Shown: positions 59,971 through 64,000 of the stretch, piece after piece | Position numbering within the stretch: position 1 is the stretch's first letter | How the letters are laid out: every line of letters starts with the position of its first letter | Assembly: GCA_964016885.1 (NCBI GenBank) | Contig: OZ024746.1 | Location: 29,946,001 to 30,010,000, forward strand | From: Eledone cirrhosa | Lineage: Eukaryota | DNA: 64,000 nt | Direction of reading: 5' to 3' | Position numbers and translations under genes: made by a program | The notes under the pieces: model-generated | Database searches by the model: none | What the model was told of the DNA's origin: nothing | The model's input: the letters and a program-made list of their open reading frames with translations, nothing else

Positions 59971-61364
59971 ATATATATATATATGTGTGTGTGTCTGTGG
60001 ACTTACACATACAACGTTTATTCAATATTTTGGTAGCGATTAAAGATTTCTCAAGATATATAGCCGTGCTATTCACACCTTTCAAAAAATTACCTTTTAT
60101 AAGAGATATAAATGAAAACGTTTGGTTTTTACATCTCTCTGCATTATTGTTAAACGCGTGGAAAATATTACAAATATAAAGTTTGAACCCAAAACGAGGT
60201 TTCTTTTTTTATATAACAAACAATATAGGAAAAGAAATGGATTTTCCTATTGATATTCTGTGCCATTAATGGTTTCTATATGCTAATACTATTGGATAGA
60301 ATAATCGAGATTGAAATCAAATAAATACACAGTGGTACGTAGTTATATTTCCCCGCATTTCCAATTTAAACCTCACCCTAGCAAACTCTCTTATCTTCCG
60401 AAATCGATAAAATAAATACGAAACGTGTTTTAGACCTAATGCGGTTCCGATGAGTAAGTGTAAGTGGCTGAGTTTTCCTCCAGCAATTGTACTCTTGATG
60501 TACTTCCTGTTGACACAGTGAGTGAGAAAACTGGTCCCCTTGATTATTTTCAAGAAGAGTAGACTGGTTCCACGAGATAAAAGTGCCTTGCTCAAGACCG
60601 CAACGTGCATTTAGGGAATCAAACTCGCGATCAAGACATCAAGAGCCACCATCTGACATCCCACAAGACAAGTATCAATTTGAACTTTATCTTTCGATGT
60701 CGATAAAAAAGTATTAATCTAATACTGGTTGATACTTTCTTTATGTCTCTTTCTCTCTTTCTTTCATCCTCTGGAAGGCATCTGCGGTATACAGACAAAA
60801 TAAAATTTAAAAAAAAAAACACAAAAAAAACACAAATATAATTGGAAACTAGAGCTTTTTTTTCACGATACTTGTCAAGATATTTGACTACATGTTTATC
60901 AAAAATTATATTTATATTTTGATGATTCTTACAAAACACTAAATCTCTAGATTCAAATACAAATCAATTACGATGTCTCATTATTATATTTGCTGATCTA
61001 ATTTATATATATGAAAAGAATATGTTGTTTCTGATCGAAACGAAGCGAGAGTGTAGTTGAATACATATAAAAATGAGAAAACTCATCACTAGAGAACAGA
61101 GACCAGCGGCCAGTGGTCAACAGGCATGAGAAAACTGCAAAAAGGTGTCGCACGATTTAATTGAGAGTACCATTTTTAAATGCTAGATCGTGCAGCAGAA
61201 AAATAAATCTTTCTGTTGCTATGATATGTGTGTGATAAAACAAACAGCGCAGATAGAAGGACGAAAGAAAACACAGAAAAGGAAGATCCTTTGATAATGG
61301 ACCTCAAGCTGATTTTCTTCACATTCATCTGCTTCTTGAGCAGAGAACTTGGGGCAATCCTCTC

Positions 61365-61429
<65 letters not shown>

Positions 61430-61434
<5 letters not shown>

Positions 61435-62131
61435 GGAAAAATTGAAACGAAATTTAATTTCCCACTCTTAGTACGGCTGTTACTTAAATATAAGTATGTA
61501 CACGTACATACATATATGTATACAGACGTACAGTGGTATGTATATATATATAAATACATGCACACATATATATATGTACGTATGGATTCCCCGAACATTC
61601 ACTACAATGCTCGGTGTGTTTGTAAACAAACATCCCGTATTAAGCCGTAGTGTCTAGCAACCATCGTTGCTCGTTTGTTCAACACAGACAAAGGAACGCT
61701 GTACTAGTTTCAAGCTTATTAGCTATCGTCAGCAACGTATACCTTCCTGTCAGATTGTATACCTTATGCATATTAACGGCTGAGTAGCCCAATTTGCATA
61801 TCGAGTGGGTTAATCGGCCGGGTGCACAGAAAACAATAAACGGAAAAAATTAAACGAAATTTCATTTCCCACTCTTAGTACGGCAGTTATTTAAATATAA
61901 GTATCTACACGTACATTCATATATGTATACAGACGTACAGTAGTATGTATATATATATATACATACATGCACACATATATATATATGTATGTATGGATTC
62001 ACCGAACATTCACTATAATGCTCGTTTGTTTGAATCCATACGTACATATATATATGTGTGCATGTATGTATATATATATACATACTACTGTACGTCTGTA
62101 TACATATATGTATGTACGTGTACATACTTAT
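61430..62131. mobile_element. Penelope-like/retrozyme-like remnant: ~407-bp period partial tandem plus an inverted segment
   Basis: 61430-61620 repeated at 61838-62030; 62033-62131 is the reverse complement of 61488-61588; a hammerhead lies between the direct copies. Confidence 0.65.
61696..61738 (-). ncRNA. Type I minimal hammerhead ribozyme
   Basis: ACGTTG-CTGACGA-[tAGCT aata AGCTt]-GAAA-CTAG-TA-CAGCGT; palindromic stem III ACTAGT, GUA site. Confidence 0.75.
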
Positions 62132-62215
62132 ATATATATATAATTGTTTTGGTACAAGGCCAGCAATTATCCGAGTGCATTACTGATACAATATTTTATC
62201 GATCCCATAACAAAC

Positions 62216-62255
<40 letters not shown>

Positions 62256-62296
62256 CAACATGTATAACAACATGTATAACAACAAAGTATAACCAC

Positions 62297-62450
<154 letters not shown>

Positions 62451-62491
62451 CAACATGTATAACAACATGTATAACAACAAAGTATAACCAC

Positions 62492-63835
<1,344 letters not shown>

Positions 63836-64000
63836 TATTATTCCAAGTGTTTACAACATAGGAATTACAGCGTACTCGCAGCATCACTATGGAAACGCTT
63901 TGTTGAGTCAAACTTATCCAAGCGTTGATATCATCCACTACCCGGAGTACCATAACTGGACTACACCTAATAAGTGGACTGCATATAACAATTATTTGTT

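Overview
Eukaryotic, very AT-rich, repeat-saturated non-coding DNA. Dense (TA)n/(CA)n/(GA)n/(GATA)n/(ATGT)n microsatellites and the tRNA-SINE families suggest a cephalopod, probably Octopus (pattern recognition, not verified). I found no host protein-coding exon; nearly all ORF-track entries are microsatellite read-throughs. Real coding remnants are all retrotransposon pieces: R4/Dong-like restriction-like-endonuclease (RLE) LINE 3' ends, a CRE-type LINE 3' end, and L1/Tx1-type AP-endonuclease and RT fragments. Also present: two tRNA-derived SINE families, a non-autonomous Helitron splitting a SINE, a hAT end, and a bipartite non-autonomous LINE derivative. The main unexplained signal is a set of type I hammerhead ribozyme (HHR) motifs from several unrelated families. 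They lie in (i) an apparently identical 629-bp head-to-tail 2.3-mer with one complete HHR per unit (candidate retrozyme / circular-RNA source, 50722-52177), (ii) fold-back palindromes with ~205-bp and ~550-bp arms, and (iii) dispersed Penelope-like fragments embedded in (TA)n.
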